The notes: generated by a model from the letters alone, not told the origin. 64,000 bases of DNA from Vicinamibacterales bacterium (GCA_965208535.1 CBDBOU010000002.1:2179701-2243700), one strand, 5' to 3'; positions 41,332 through 53,902 are shown, numbered from the stretch's first letter. Translations and numbers: made by a program.

Positions 41332-41589
41332 ATGTTCGATCCTGACAAGCTGTATCTGACGGATGATCCGGCGCTGCTGGTGCTTGGCCGGCCTCTGACG
41401 CTTGCTCACTGGCGGTGCGAGGGTCGTGGGCCTGCATACATCAAGATGAACGGGCGCGTTGCGTACCGCGGCTCGGACCTAAACGAGTGGCTGGAGGCTC
41501 GGACGGTCCGACCGACCGATGATTCGCGAGGGGGAGTCAGCCGGGATTTCGGTGCACGCAGCGGGTCTGCCCAGTCGGCTGGGAGCTGA
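41332..41589 (+). CDS. AlpA/excisionase-type (MerR-like) HTH protein
   Basis: MFDPDKLYLTDDPALLVLGRPLTLAHWRCEGRGPAYIKMNGRVAYRGSDLNEWLEART fits the AlpA pattern (..W...G.GP.......V.Y...DL..WL). A GGGAGG RBS precedes the ATG at 41332. Confidence 0.7.
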   Translation: MFDPDKLYLTDDPALLVLGRPLTLAHWRCEGRGPAYIKMNGRVAYRGSDLNEWLEARTVRPTDDSRGGVSRDFGARSGSAQSAGS

Positions 41590-41969
41590 TCCCGCCAGTG
41601 CAGGGCGATGGCGCTTCGTCAGGCAGGTGCTCGCCGGGAACCTTGATCCCGCAGGTTGATCACCAGCGTCGCCGTCTGGTGTCTGTCGACGCGGCAGCGG
41701 TGCTTGTGCTTCAGGTCGTCTTCGTTCACTTCGGATCGATGTACCGCACCTTGCCCGTGACCTGTCGTGCTTTGTGGTTCACCGCGTTGCAAGCGTGGCT
41801 GCGAGCGGGAGCGTGGCAACACGCGAACCAGCAGTGCGACTTCCGGCTCCGGATTCTCTGGCTGATCGCGTGGTGTCTGGAGCTGATCCGTGGTCGATGT
41901 CGTCCTGACGCCGTGTTGACGCGGAACAGTGCCGCTTCTTCTCGACTACCTGTAAGTTATTGATTTTAT

Positions 41970-42045
41970 TGGAGCCGGCGAGCGGACTCGAACCGCTGAC
42001 CTGCTGATTACGAATCAGCTGCTCTACCAACTGAGCTACGCCGGC
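41970..42045 (-). tRNA. tRNA-Thr (anticodon CGU)
   Basis: The reverse complement folds by hand as GCCGGCG-TA-GCTC-AGTTGGTA-GAGC-A-GCTGA-TTCGTAA-TCAGC-AGGTC-AGCGG-TTCGAGT-CCGCT-CGCCGGC-T-CCA. This gives a 7-bp acceptor stem, a TTCGAGT T-loop, an encoded CCA and anticodon CGT. Confidence 0.93.
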
Positions 42046-42160
42046 TTCCTCGGGCGGAGGGACGGATTGGGGCGCAGCATCCCGGCCGCGCAGCCAACCC
42101 TCAATGCTAGCACACGGGGTGCGTCGTTTCGCTTTCCCCCAAGGCGCTCGTGCCGCGGTC

Positions 42161-42556
42161 TCAGCCCGTCCCTGAGCGCCGCTCAAAGAGCATGCGCCCC
42201 TCGTCCGACAGCAGCACCCACAGCCCGTAGGCGCCCAGGGCCGAGCCGAAGGGGAAGTTGAACAGGTGCAGCAGCGACAGCACAACGGTGAGCATGCGCG
42301 CCCACGGGCGGTAGTTCATCAACCCGAAGCCTGCCGCGATGCCGGGGAGCGACAGGATCAACGCGGCCAGCATCAGGATGGTGCCGACGAGACCGACGAT
42401 GGGCGCTGCGATCAGGGCGTCCGGATCCGAGGCGGCGCCGAGGGCGATCAGGCTGGCGGCTCCTCCGAAGACGAGCAGAATCGCGAGGGCAGCGACCAGG
42501 CCGAGGGCGCCGAAGGCGATGTGAAATGCGCCGAGAATTGTCACATGTCGTTCCAT
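42161..42556 (-). CDS. Small integral membrane protein
   Basis: [32 protein letters not shown].. has four hydrophobic segments. A GGGGGAG lies upstream of the ATG at 42556. Confidence 0.65.
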   Translation of the reverse strand: MERHVTILGAFHIAFGALGLVAALAILLVFGGAASLIALGAASDPDALIAAPIVGLVGTILMLAALILSLPGIAAGFGLMNYRPWARMLTVVLSLLHLFNFPFGSALGAYGLWVLLSDEGRMLFERRSGTG

Positions 42557-42706
42557 GCGGGCTCCCCCGGTGACCGTTGCAGGATTGCGGGCAGACACCT
42601 AGAATAGCCTGTTGCCGTCGCGGCGCAAGGCGTCGCCATGGCGGTCGCACCGTTCGCCGAGCCCGGGACGCGGCGCGCCGCCCGCGTCCGTACCGCCAGG
42701 ACACGC

Positions 42707-45628
<2,922 letters not shown>

Positions 45629-45638
45629 CGGAACCGCC

Positions 45639-46250
45639 GTGCCCGATGCAGTTCGCCTGCCGCGCTCGTTCTACCGTGGGGCGCCGCTGGATGTCGCCCG
45701 GTCCCTGCTCGGCAAGGTGGTCGTGCACAGGGGCCGAGACGGAGCGGCGGCCGGGCGCATCGTCGAGGTGGAGGCGTACGGGGGCGAGGACGATCCCGCC
45801 TGCCATGCCGCGTCGGGCCTCACCCCGCGCAACGCGCCGCTCTACGGTCCCCCCGGCTACGCCTACGTCTATCTCAACTACGGGATCCACTACCTGCTGA
45901 ACGCCGTCACGGGGCCGGCGGGGTTCCCGGCCGCGGTGCTCGTTCGCGCGCTCAGTCCCGTGGAGGGACTCGACCGCATGCGCCGCCGCCGGCGGGTGCG
46001 GCCCGGCGCGGTGCCGCCCACCGACGAAGCCCTCTGCCGCGGACCGGGGAACCTGACGCGGGCGCTCGGCGTCACGCTGCGGCAGAACCGTCTCGACCTG
46101 TGCGGGGAGCGCCTCTTCATCGAGGATCGGGGGCTGCCGGTGGGCGCGGTGCGCTGGGGGCCGCGGATCGGGATCGCGGTGGGGACGGCGCGGCCCTGGC
46201 GCGGCTACCTGGCCGATTGCCCGGCGGTTTCGCGCGCCGGGCCGGCGTGA
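45639..46250 (+). CDS. DNA-3-methyladenine glycosylase (Mpg/AAG family)
   Basis: LDVARSLLGKVVVHR..GRIVEVEAYGGEDDPACHAASGLTPRNAPLYGPPGYAYVYLNYGIHYLLNAV. Confidence 0.85.
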   Translation: MPDAVRLPRSFYRGAPLDVARSLLGKVVVHRGRDGAAAGRIVEVEAYGGEDDPACHAASGLTPRNAPLYGPPGYAYVYLNYGIHYLLNAVTGPAGFPAAVLVRALSPVEGLDRMRRRRRVRPGAVPPTDEALCRGPGNLTRALGVTLRQNRLDLCGERLFIEDRGLPVGAVRWGPRIGIAVGTARPWRGYLADCPAVSRAGPA

Positions 46251-46354
46251 GCGGCGATGGGGCGGCGGGTTTGGCGTCCCGATCCGGGGCGCTTCTGCGG
46301 CGCGGGCGTCTTTGGACCGCCTCGCGCCGCCTGTAGTACGATCTCCGGCCGCGT

Positions 46355-46918
46355 ATGGAATCCATTCAGGCCACCCGCATCCGCAAGGGCATGTTGGTCA
46401 AGATGAACGCGACGCTGTACCGCGTTCTCGAGTTCAACCACGTCACTCCCGGCAAGGGCCGTGCGTTCGTGCAGACGCGCATGCGCAACGTCATTGCCGG
46501 CACCCTCACCGACCACAAGTTCGCATCCGGCGACGTCGTCGAGCGCGCGATGCTCGACACGCGCAAGATGCAGTATCTCTACGCCGACGGCGACGGGCAC
46601 CACTTCATGGACACCGAGACCTACGAGCAGGTGCACCTGGGCGCGGATACGCTCGGCGACGCGGTCAGCTACCTGCTGCCGGATTCCACGATCACAGTGG
46701 AGTTCTTTGAGGGCTCGCCGGTGGGCATCGAGCTGCCGCTCACCGTGGATCTGACGGTCGAGGAGACGACCCCGGCGATCAAGGGCGCGACGGCCAGCGC
46801 GCAACTGAAGCCCGCCCGGCTCGAGACCGGTCTCGTCGTGCAGGTGCCCCCGTTCGTCAGCAACGGGGACAAGGTCCGCGTGAACACCGACACGGGCGAG
46901 TACCTCTCGCGAGCCTGA
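46355..46918 (+). CDS. efp: Elongation factor P
   Basis: RKGMLVKMNATLYRVLEFNHVTPGKGRAFVQTRMRNV.. and KPARLETGLVVQVPPFV. Confidence 0.93.
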   Translation: MESIQATRIRKGMLVKMNATLYRVLEFNHVTPGKGRAFVQTRMRNVIAGTLTDHKFASGDVVERAMLDTRKMQYLYADGDGHHFMDTETYEQVHLGADTLGDAVSYLLPDSTITVEFFEGSPVGIELPLTVDLTVEETTPAIKGATASAQLKPARLETGLVVQVPPFVSNGDKVRVNTDTGEYLSRA

Positions 46919-46950
46919 GCGGGGAGGGGGACATCGACGTTTCCCAGGCG

Positions 46951-47493
46951 GTGCGCGTCGCGCTGTTCGCACTCGGCGTCGGGTTCCTCGTCGCCAACCT
47001 GCGCATTCTCGGACAGTTCGTCCGCTACCGGCGCCTGCGCGCGTCGGCGCTCGTTACCTGGCCGAGCCAGAAGCCGCCCCTCTACGGCTGGCTGCTGGCC
47101 CTCGGAGTGGCTGCCGGCGTGCTGGTGTTCGTGAAGCTGGTCGTGCAGCAGCAGCCGCCGCAGCGGGCCTTCGGCGAGGGAATGATGCTCCTCTACTACG
47201 CCTACGCGGTCCCGTTGCGCTTGCGCATCGGGCGCGGGCTGTACGCGGGGGGCATCTGGTCGGACGGCGGTTACGTACCCTACTCCAAGATCGGCGGCCT
47301 GAGCTGGCGGGAGGGCGCCACCATCACGCTGGTGATCATCTACCGGCTGCGGAGTCTCGCCCGCAGGCTCACCGTGCCGCGGGCCCACTACAGCGAGGTG
47401 CGCCGGCTGCTGCGGGACAAGATTGCCGCGCACGACATTCACTTCACCGGCAAGACGCTGGACCTGGGAACGGATCAGCGCGACCTGGTGTGA
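46951..47493 (+). CDS. Hypothetical membrane protein
   Basis: Three hydrophobic segments (ALFALGVGFLVANL, LYGWLLALGVAAGVLVFV, MMLLYYAYAVPL). GTG start. Confidence 0.55.
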   Translation: MRVALFALGVGFLVANLRILGQFVRYRRLRASALVTWPSQKPPLYGWLLALGVAAGVLVFVKLVVQQQPPQRAFGEGMMLLYYAYAVPLRLRIGRGLYAGGIWSDGGYVPYSKIGGLSWREGATITLVIIYRLRSLARRLTVPRAHYSEVRRLLRDKIAAHDIHFTGKTLDLGTDQRDLV

Positions 47494-47549
47494 CCCGGGG
47501 GGGCGTGCCGCTTGCCGCCTCGCAAGTGCGCGCGGCTCGCGGAGCGGGG

Positions 47550-47753
47550 CTATCTCAGCCAGGCCCGGACGATGCCGATCAGTCCCGGTCCGCCGGCCAT
47601 GGGGTCGCCGAGCCACCCCGGCGGCGTCAGCCAGATGAACGCGAGAATGGCGATGACCATCAGGTCGTACTGCCACGTGGCGCGCTCGAAGGTCCAGAAG
47701 AGCGCATGCCAGAGCATCCGGAACGGCAGTGTCATCGCGCGCGACAGGCTCAT
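47550..47753 (-). CDS. Small membrane protein coupled to the phosphatidyltransferase gene
   Basis: Its ATG overlaps the upstream stop (47750/47753). The hydrophobic core is DLMVIAILAFIWLTPPGW. Confidence 0.45.
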   Translation of the reverse strand: MSLSRAMTLPFRMLWHALFWTFERATWQYDLMVIAILAFIWLTPPGWLGDPMAGGPGLIGIVRAWLR

Positions 47754-48352
47754 GCCGGCAGCTCCCGGCTGTCGGATCGGAGTTCGCGCCAGGTGAAGTA
47801 GATCCGGTCGAGCACCGTCAGTACCGACAGCACCAGGATGACCCAGAGCACGGCGGCCATCCGGTTGGTGAAGGCGCCGATCATGAAGAGCACGATACGC
47901 TCCGGACGCTCCATGAAGCCGACCTTGCAGAGCGGGATGATCGATTCTGCGCGGGCCCGCGTGTAGCTGGTCATCACCGAGAACGTGAGCGTCAGCGCCG
48001 CGATCAGCACGTAGTCCGGGCGGCCGAGCGCGGCGTAGAGATAGATGAGGCCGGTCAGGATGAACAGGTCGGAGAAACGGTCCATGACCGAGTCCCAGAA
48101 GCCGCCGAAGCGGGAGCTCAGCTTCAGCTCGTCGGCCACCTTCCCGTCGATGAAGTCGAAGATGTTGGCCACCAGCATGATCCAGCCGGCCAGGCCGAAG
48201 CGGCCGGCGGCCAGCGCCCAGCCGGCCGCGCCGTTGATGATGACGCCGGTCAGCGTCAGCACGTTCGGATGAATCCGAAGTGCGACGCAGAACGCGATGA
48301 TGGCTCGAAGCGGAAACAGGCAGGCGCGGCCAATGGCCCCGGTGAACGTCAT
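47750..48352 (-). CDS. CDP-alcohol phosphatidyltransferase family protein
   Basis: The signature DFIDGKVADELKLSSRFGGFWDSVMDRFSD fits D-G-x2-A-R/D-x8-G-x3-D-x3-D. The protein has multiple transmembrane segments. Confidence 0.85.
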   Translation of the reverse strand: MTFTGAIGRACLFPLRAIIAFCVALRIHPNVLTLTGVIINGAAGWALAAGRFGLAGWIMLVANIFDFIDGKVADELKLSSRFGGFWDSVMDRFSDLFILTGLIYLYAALGRPDYVLIAALTLTFSVMTSYTRARAESIIPLCKVGFMERPERIVLFMIGAFTNRMAAVLWVILVLSVLTVLDRIYFTWRELRSDSRELPA

Positions 48353-48397
48353 CGATGCTCGTGATGTGATCCGTGCAGCCCTAGTATTCTAGGTCGG

Positions 48398-50326
48398 ATG
48401 GCGATTCGTGATCTGCGGGACGCAATCGCCCGGCTGCCGGAGCAACCCGGAGTCTACCTGTACTTCAACGGCCGCGGCGAGACGATCTACGTGGGTCGGG
48501 CGCGCGCGCTGCGCGACCGGGTCCGGAGCTACCTGGGCGCGTACGGCAACAGCCCGAAGACCGACGCCCTGCTCGACGAGGCGGTGCGGCTGGAAGTGAT
48601 CGTGACCGACTCGGTCGTCGAGGCCCTGGCCCTCGAGAACAACCTGATCAAGGCGCGGTCGCCGCGCTACAACATCCTCCTGCGGGACGACAAGAACTAT
48701 CCCTACCTGCAGTTGACGACCGCCGAGGAGTTCCCACGGGTGCTGGTGGCCCGCTCGGTGGCGCGGGACGGCAACGTCTATGCCGGGCCTTTCATGCCGG
48801 CAGCCTTCGCTCGCAAGACGATGTCGCTGACCCACCGGCTGTTCGGCATCCGTTCCTGCAACGAGGTGATCACCGGGCAGCGGGATCGCCCCTGCCTGGA
48901 GTACGACATCAAGCGCTGCGTCGCGCCCTGCGTGTCCGAGATCTGCAGTCCGGAGCAGTACGCGGAGTCGGTCGACCAGACGCGTCTCTTCCTGGAGGGG
49001 CGCACGGACGAGGTGATCGGGAGCCTGCGGCGCCAGATGCAGGAGGCGTCCGACGAGGAGCGGTACGAGCGCGCGGCGCAGTGCCGCGACGCCGTGCGCA
49101 CGGTCGAGACGCTGCGCAATCGGCAGCAGAAGATGGCGACGAGCCGGCTGGGGGACAGGGACGCGTTCGGCGTGAAGCTGGGACCGGAGGGCGGGATGAT
49201 CCAGGTCTTCCAGATGCGTCGCGGGCGTGTCGTGGAGCGCGTGGAGCTGGTGGCGGACGACGTGCGATCGGCCGCCGACAGCGAGCGCGACCTGGTTCAG
49301 GCGGCGGTCCAGCAGTTCTATGCCACGCACGACGTGCCGCCGGAGGTGCACGTACCGGTCGAGGTGGAGGAACAGGACGAAGTGGAGCGTTGGCTCTCGT
49401 TGCGGGCCGGGCGCCGCGTGCGGCTGCATGTGCCCAAGCGGGGCGATGCACGCGGACTGCTGGAGCTGGCGTCGCGCAATGCCGGCCTGGCCTACGACTC
49501 GCGTTACAGCGAGGACGCGCGGGTTCATGCCGGCGCGCTGGAAGAGCTGCGACGGGTGCTCGACCTGCCGGCGACGCCGCGCCGGGTGGAGTGCTTCGAC
49601 ATCTCGACGGTGCAGGGTCGCGAGACGGTCGGGTCGCTGGTCGTCTGCGAGGATGGCCGGATGCAGCGCGGCGAGTACCGGAAGTTCCGGGTGCAGGGGC
49701 TGGAAGCGGCCGCACGCCGTCGGGCCGGACGTGCAGGCCGCCGCAGGGGATCCGCGGTCGACCAGCGTGGAGCCGCGCCCTCGGGGTCGGCGTCCGATCG
49801 GCAGTCGGTGGCGAAACCGGACGACTTCGCCGCGATGGAAGAGGTCGTGCTGCGCCGCTACCGCCGGTTGCTGGACGAGGGCGGGCCGTTTCCGGATCTG
49901 GTGGTGGTCGACGGCGGCAAGGGCCAGTTGACGTCCGCGTACAGCGCCTTCGAGACGCTCGGCCTGGGCAATCTGGTCGCGGTCGGCATCGCGAAACGCG
50001 ACGAGGAGTTGTTCACGCGCGGCGCGTCCGAGCCGATCCGCCTGCCGAAGTCGAGTCCGGCGCTGCACCTCATCCAACGAGCCCGCGACGAGGCGCACCG
50101 GTTCGCCGTGACCTACCACCGCCGGGCGCGCCGGATGCGCGATTTCGAGTCGGAGCTGGATCTCGTCCCGGGCATCGGACCGCGCCGGCGCCGGGCGCTG
50201 CTCGAGCGGTTCGGGAGTCTCGCGAACGTGCGGCGCGCCTCGCGTGAAGAACTGCTTCCGGTGCTGGGCGCGAAGCTGGCCGACGCCGTCCTCGAGCATT
50301 TCGCGAGACCGCCCATCAAGACCTGA
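48398..50326 (+). CDS. uvrC: Excinuclease ABC subunit C
   Basis: GIY-YIG N-terminus (PGVYLYFNGRGETIYVGRARALRDRVRSY), a UvrBC-interaction region, an endonuclease V-like domain and a C-terminal (HhH)2 (VPGIGPRRRRALLERFGS). Confidence 0.93.
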   Translation: MAIRDLRDAIARLPEQPGVYLYFNGRGETIYVGRARALRDRVRSYLGAYGNSPKTDALLDEAVRLEVIVTDSVVEALALENNLIKARSPRYNILLRDDKNYPYLQLTTAEEFPRVLVARSVARDGNVYAGPFMPAAFARKTMSLTHRLFGIRSCNEVITGQRDRPCLEYDIKRCVAPCVSEICSPEQYAESVDQTRLFLEGRTDEVIGSLRRQMQEASDEERYERAAQCRDAVRTVETLRNRQQKMATSRLGDRDAFGVKLGPEGGMIQVFQMRRGRVVERVELVADDVRSAADSERDLVQAAVQQFYATHDVPPEVHVPVEVEEQDEVERWLSLRAGRRVRLHVPKRGDARGLLELASRNAGLAYDSRYSEDARVHAGALEELRRVLDLPATPRRVECFDISTVQGRETVGSLVVCEDGRMQRGEYRKFRVQGLEAAARRRAGRAGRRRGSAVDQRGAAPSGSASDRQSVAKPDDFAAMEEVVLRRYRRLLDEGGPFPDLVVVDGGKGQLTSAYSAFETLGLGNLVAVGIAKRDEELFTRGASEPIRLPKSSPALHLIQRARDEAHRFAVTYHRRARRMRDFESELDLVPGIGPRRRRALLERFGSLANVRRASREELLPVLGAKLADAVLEHFARPPIKT

Positions 50327-50468
50327 TCGCAGCGCGTTCCGCGCCGAGAGCCGGCGCGGCGCGGCTTGCCGGCCGCGGGTCATGCCGTTATGCTGGTAAT
50401 CCGTGTTCGAGACCGGCCGTCCGGGTCGTCCTTTCTTTCCGGTTCCCGTTCTTTCTTCCCGAGGTTTC

Positions 50469-50504
50469 GGAATCCGGCGGCTGTTCGAGCAGCCGCCGGA
50501 TTCC
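50469..50504 (+). promoter_or_regulatory. Perfect 15-bp stem-loop 16 nt upstream of the trpS start
   Basis: GGAATCCGGCGGCTG-TTCGAG-CAGCCGCCGGATTCC, followed only by TT and preceded by a CT-rich tract. It could be a weak terminator for uvrC or a trpS leader element. Confidence 0.45.
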
Positions 50505-50520
50505 TTGATCCGTACCGTCC

Positions 50521-51540
50521 ATGGCTGACGACAACTCGAAGCCCCGCGTCGTCTCCGGGATGCGTCCCACCGGCAGGTTACACCTGGGACACCTGGCGGG
50601 CGCCCTCGGCAAGTGGGCGGATCTGCAGGCCGACTACGACTGCATGTACTTCGTCGCCGACTGGCACGCCCTGACGAGCGAGTTCGCCGACACGTCGGGG
50701 CTGACCGAGTACGCCTACGACAACGTCGCGGACTGGATCGCGGCCGGCGTCGATCCGGAGCGGAGCACCCTGTTCGTGCAGTCGCTCGTGCCGGAGCACG
50801 CGGAGCTGTTCCTCCTGCTGCAGATGGTGGTGCCGATCCCCTGGCTGGAGCGGGTGCCGACCTACAAGGAGCAGATCGACCAGTTGACCGAGCGCGACCT
50901 GTCGTCGATCGGCTTCCTCGGCTATCCGTTGCTGCAGGCCGCCGACGTCATCATCTACGATGCGCGGTACGTTCCGGTGGGCGATGATCAGGTCCCGCAT
51001 CTCGAGCTGGCCCGCGAGGTCGTCCGCCGGTTTCATCAGTTCTTCGGCGAGGTCTTCGTCGAGCCGCAGCCGCTGCTGACGCACTTCCCCCGGTTGCCCG
51101 GCCTGGACAACCGCAAGATGTCGAAGAGCTACGCCAACACCATCGACATGGCGGACGACGCGAAGACCGTGCGCAAGAAGGTGATGCGGATGTTCACCGA
51201 TCCGAAGCGCATCCGCGCCGATATTCCCGGGACGGTGGAAGGCAACCCCGTGTTCGTCTACCACGACGCCTTCAACCCCGACACCGCGCAGGTAGACGAC
51301 TTCAAGGCGCGCTACCGGGCGGGCAAGGTGGGCGACGTCGAGGTGAAGGTGGCGCTGGCCGACGCGATCAACGCGCACCTGGAGCCGCTGCGCGAGCGGC
51401 GTGCCGAAATACTGGCGCGCCCCGGCCGGATTCGTGAGATCCTGCAGGATGGTTCGGCCCGCGCCGGCGCGATGGCCCGGACCACGATGGAACGCGTGCG
51501 CGAGGCGGTCGGGCTGCGGTACCCCGCGCCGCGCGCGTGA
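50521..51540 (+). CDS. trpS: Tryptophan--tRNA ligase
   Basis: SGMRPTGRLHLGHLAGAL (HIGH-type) and KMSKS, with class-I TrpRS length (339 aa). Confidence 0.92.
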   Translation: MADDNSKPRVVSGMRPTGRLHLGHLAGALGKWADLQADYDCMYFVADWHALTSEFADTSGLTEYAYDNVADWIAAGVDPERSTLFVQSLVPEHAELFLLLQMVVPIPWLERVPTYKEQIDQLTERDLSSIGFLGYPLLQAADVIIYDARYVPVGDDQVPHLELAREVVRRFHQFFGEVFVEPQPLLTHFPRLPGLDNRKMSKSYANTIDMADDAKTVRKKVMRMFTDPKRIRADIPGTVEGNPVFVYHDAFNPDTAQVDDFKARYRAGKVGDVEVKVALADAINAHLEPLRERRAEILARPGRIREILQDGSARAGAMARTTMERVREAVGLRYPAPRA

Positions 51541-51559
51541 CAGGACGGAGGCAACCGAC

Positions 51560-52435
51560 ATGGCGGAACGGGACGCGGGTGTGACCGACGCGCCGGTAGC
51601 CGGCCTGGACGTTCCGCCGAACTTCGAGTCGATTCTGCCGGACTACCCGGTCCGCCTTTCCAACTTCGAGGGTCCGCTCGACCTCCTGATTCACCTCATC
51701 AAGAAGAACGAGGTCGACATCTACGACATCCCGATCGTGTTGATCTCGAAGCAGTACCTCGAGTATCTGGACCTGATGCGCGAGATCGACCTGGACGTGG
51801 CCGGCGAGTTCCTGGTCATGGCCGCCACGTTGATTCATATCAAGTCCCGGATGCTGGTGCCGCGGGTGGAGGCGGGGGTCGAGGGCGACGAGCCCGAGGA
51901 GGACCCGCGCGAGGCCCTCGTGCAGCGCCTGCTCGAGCACCAGCGGTTCAAGGCCGCGGCCGAGATGCTGCACGAGTGCGAGACGGTGCGGAGCGCGCAG
52001 TGGACCCGTCCGGATGAACGGGTCGAGGAGATTGCCGGGGCGCCGTTCGAACGCGAGCTCGAGGTGGACCTGTTCAGCCTGCTGCAGGCGTTCCAGGCGG
52101 TGCTGACCCGGGCGCGCAACCGGCAGGCCGACGTTTGCCTTCCGGCCGAGGCGGTGTCGATCGAGGCGCGCATGGAGGAGATGCTCGCGCGGTTGGCGAA
52201 GTGCGGATCGTGCGGGTTCGACGAGTTGTTTGCCGACCTGTCGTCCCGCCAGGAGATTATCGTGACGTTTCTCGCCACGCTGGAGTTGATCCGGACGAAG
52301 TTGATTCGCGTGCTTCAGGCTCGTGTTTGCGGTCCGATTCGGATCTATCTCGGCGAGCGGGTCGCGGAAGCGCCGGCCGCTCCGGCGCCCGGCGATCGGG
52401 ACTCGAGCGGTGACGTCGGGGAGGAGCCGGGGTGA
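51560..52435 (+). CDS. scpA: Segregation and condensation protein A
   Basis: VRLSNFEGPLDLLIHLIKKNEVDIYDIPI.. A GGAGG lies upstream of the ATG at 51560, in frame with track ORF 51401..52435. Confidence 0.88.
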   Translation: MAERDAGVTDAPVAGLDVPPNFESILPDYPVRLSNFEGPLDLLIHLIKKNEVDIYDIPIVLISKQYLEYLDLMREIDLDVAGEFLVMAATLIHIKSRMLVPRVEAGVEGDEPEEDPREALVQRLLEHQRFKAAAEMLHECETVRSAQWTRPDERVEEIAGAPFERELEVDLFSLLQAFQAVLTRARNRQADVCLPAEAVSIEARMEEMLARLAKCGSCGFDELFADLSSRQEIIVTFLATLELIRTKLIRVLQARVCGPIRIYLGERVAEAPAAPAPGDRDSSGDVGEEPG

Positions 52436-53076
52436 GGGACCCGCTGGGTGATCTCAAGGCGACCATCGAAGCGCTGATCTTCGCGTCGCCGGACCCGCTC
52501 ACGCTCAGGGTCCTGCTGAAGACCCTCGATGACGAGCCGCGCGAACACGTAGAGGAGGCGCTTGCCGCGTTGCGTACCGCTTGGAAGGACCGGCCGGGCG
52601 GCCTGCAGCTTGTCGAGGTGGCCGGCGGGTTCCAGATTGTCACGCGGCCCGAATTGCACGATCGCGTGCGGCGCCTCTTCCACGAGCACGCCAGCCAACG
52701 GCTCTCCGTGCAGGCGCTCGAGACGCTGGCCGTCATCGCCTACCGGCAGCCGGTCACCGGGCCGGAGATTGCCGAGATCCGCGGCGTGAACACGTCCGGG
52801 GTGATCGGAACGCTGGTCGACAGGCGTCTCGTCAAGGTCATCGGTCGCAAGGCGGTGATCGGGCGGCCCTTCCTCTATGCCACCACGCGCGAGTTCCTCG
52901 ACCGGTTCGGATTGAACGACCTGTCGGATCTGCCCAAGGTGGAGGACATGGCCGAGGCGCTCGGCATGGAAGTGCCCCCGGCTCTCGCCGACGGCCCGCG
53001 CGAGGCGGCTCTTCCCTTCGAGACTCCCTCCCAAGCCGCGCCGGTCGCAGCGCGCGGATCCGACAAGGTCCACTGA
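52432..53076 (+). CDS. scpB: Segregation and condensation protein B
   Basis: IEALIFASPDPLT, LVEVAGGFQIVTRPE and ETLAVIAYRQPVTGPEIAEIRGV. The start overlaps the scpA stop. Confidence 0.88.
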   Translation: MRDPLGDLKATIEALIFASPDPLTLRVLLKTLDDEPREHVEEALAALRTAWKDRPGGLQLVEVAGGFQIVTRPELHDRVRRLFHEHASQRLSVQALETLAVIAYRQPVTGPEIAEIRGVNTSGVIGTLVDRRLVKVIGRKAVIGRPFLYATTREFLDRFGLNDLSDLPKVEDMAEALGMEVPPALADGPREAALPFETPSQAAPVAARGSDKVH

Positions 53077-53107
53077 AGCCCGCGGCCTGACGAGAGTTGT
53101 CGAACGG

Positions 53108-53902
53108 ATGAACGCGCCGCCGATCCCGACCAACGTGCCGGTGCGGCTGCAAAAACTGCTCTCCGCGGCCGGGGTGGCTTCGCGTCGGGCGGCGGAGCGG
53201 CTCATCGCGGACGGCCGGGTGACGGTGAACGGACGGACCGTGCGGGAACTGGGCGCGCGCGCGGATCCGGGCGGGGACGACGTGCGCGTCGACGGGCGGC
53301 GCATCGCGCGAGAGGTGCGCCGGCGGTACCTCGTGCTGCACAAGCCGCCTGGCTACGTCACGACGCGGAGCGATCCGCACCGGCGGAAGACGGTCCTGGA
53401 TCTGATTCCGGGCGTGCGCGAATACATCTATCCGGTGGGCCGGCTCGACTACGACTCCGAGGGACTGCTGCTGCTGACCAACGACGGTGCGCTGGCCGCC
53501 GTTCTCACGCACCCGCGCCACGGCGTGGCCCGCGTCTACGAGGCGACGGTGCGGGGCGTGCCGAGCGGCGCACGGCTGCGGCGGCTCGCGTCCGGTGTCG
53601 ATATCGACGGTCGCCCGACGGCTCCCGCCGACGTACGCATGCTGCCCCGGGGGGCGCCGGGGCGGAGCGACGAGGCGCTGGTGCGCATCGTGATCCGCGA
53701 AGGGCGCAACCGGCAGGTGCGCCGCATGTTCGACGCGATCGGCCATCCGGTGCGGCGGTTGCGCCGGACGCGGCTCGGCCCCATCAGTTTGCGCGGGCTG
53801 CGGCCGGGTGCGTCGCGGGACCTGACTCCGGCCGAGGTGGGGGCGCTGCGGCGCGCGGTGCGGTCCGCGGCGTCGCCTCCGGCGGCGGGGGGCCGCGGAT
53901 GA
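53108..53902 (+). CDS. Pseudouridine synthase, RsuA/RluB family
   Basis: An S4 domain (VRLQKLLSAAGVASRRAAERLIADGRVTVNG) and the catalytic GRLDYDSEGLLLLTNDG. Confidence 0.88.
   Translation: MNAPPIPTNVPVRLQKLLSAAGVASRRAAERLIADGRVTVNGRTVRELGARADPGGDDVRVDGRRIAREVRRRYLVLHKPPGYVTTRSDPHRRKTVLDLIPGVREYIYPVGRLDYDSEGLLLLTNDGALAAVLTHPRHGVARVYEATVRGVPSGARLRRLASGVDIDGRPTAPADVRMLPRGAPGRSDEALVRIVIREGRNRQVRRMFDAIGHPVRRLRRTRLGPISLRGLRPGASRDLTPAEVGALRRAVRSAASPPAAGGRG

Noticed and set aside
41590-41969. A possible integrase remnant or ORF (track ORF 41598..41963) between the AlpA-like gene and the tRNA.
   Set aside because: All six frames were translated by hand. None shows recombinase motifs, and the listed ORF looks non-protein-like. 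The region is left unannotated.
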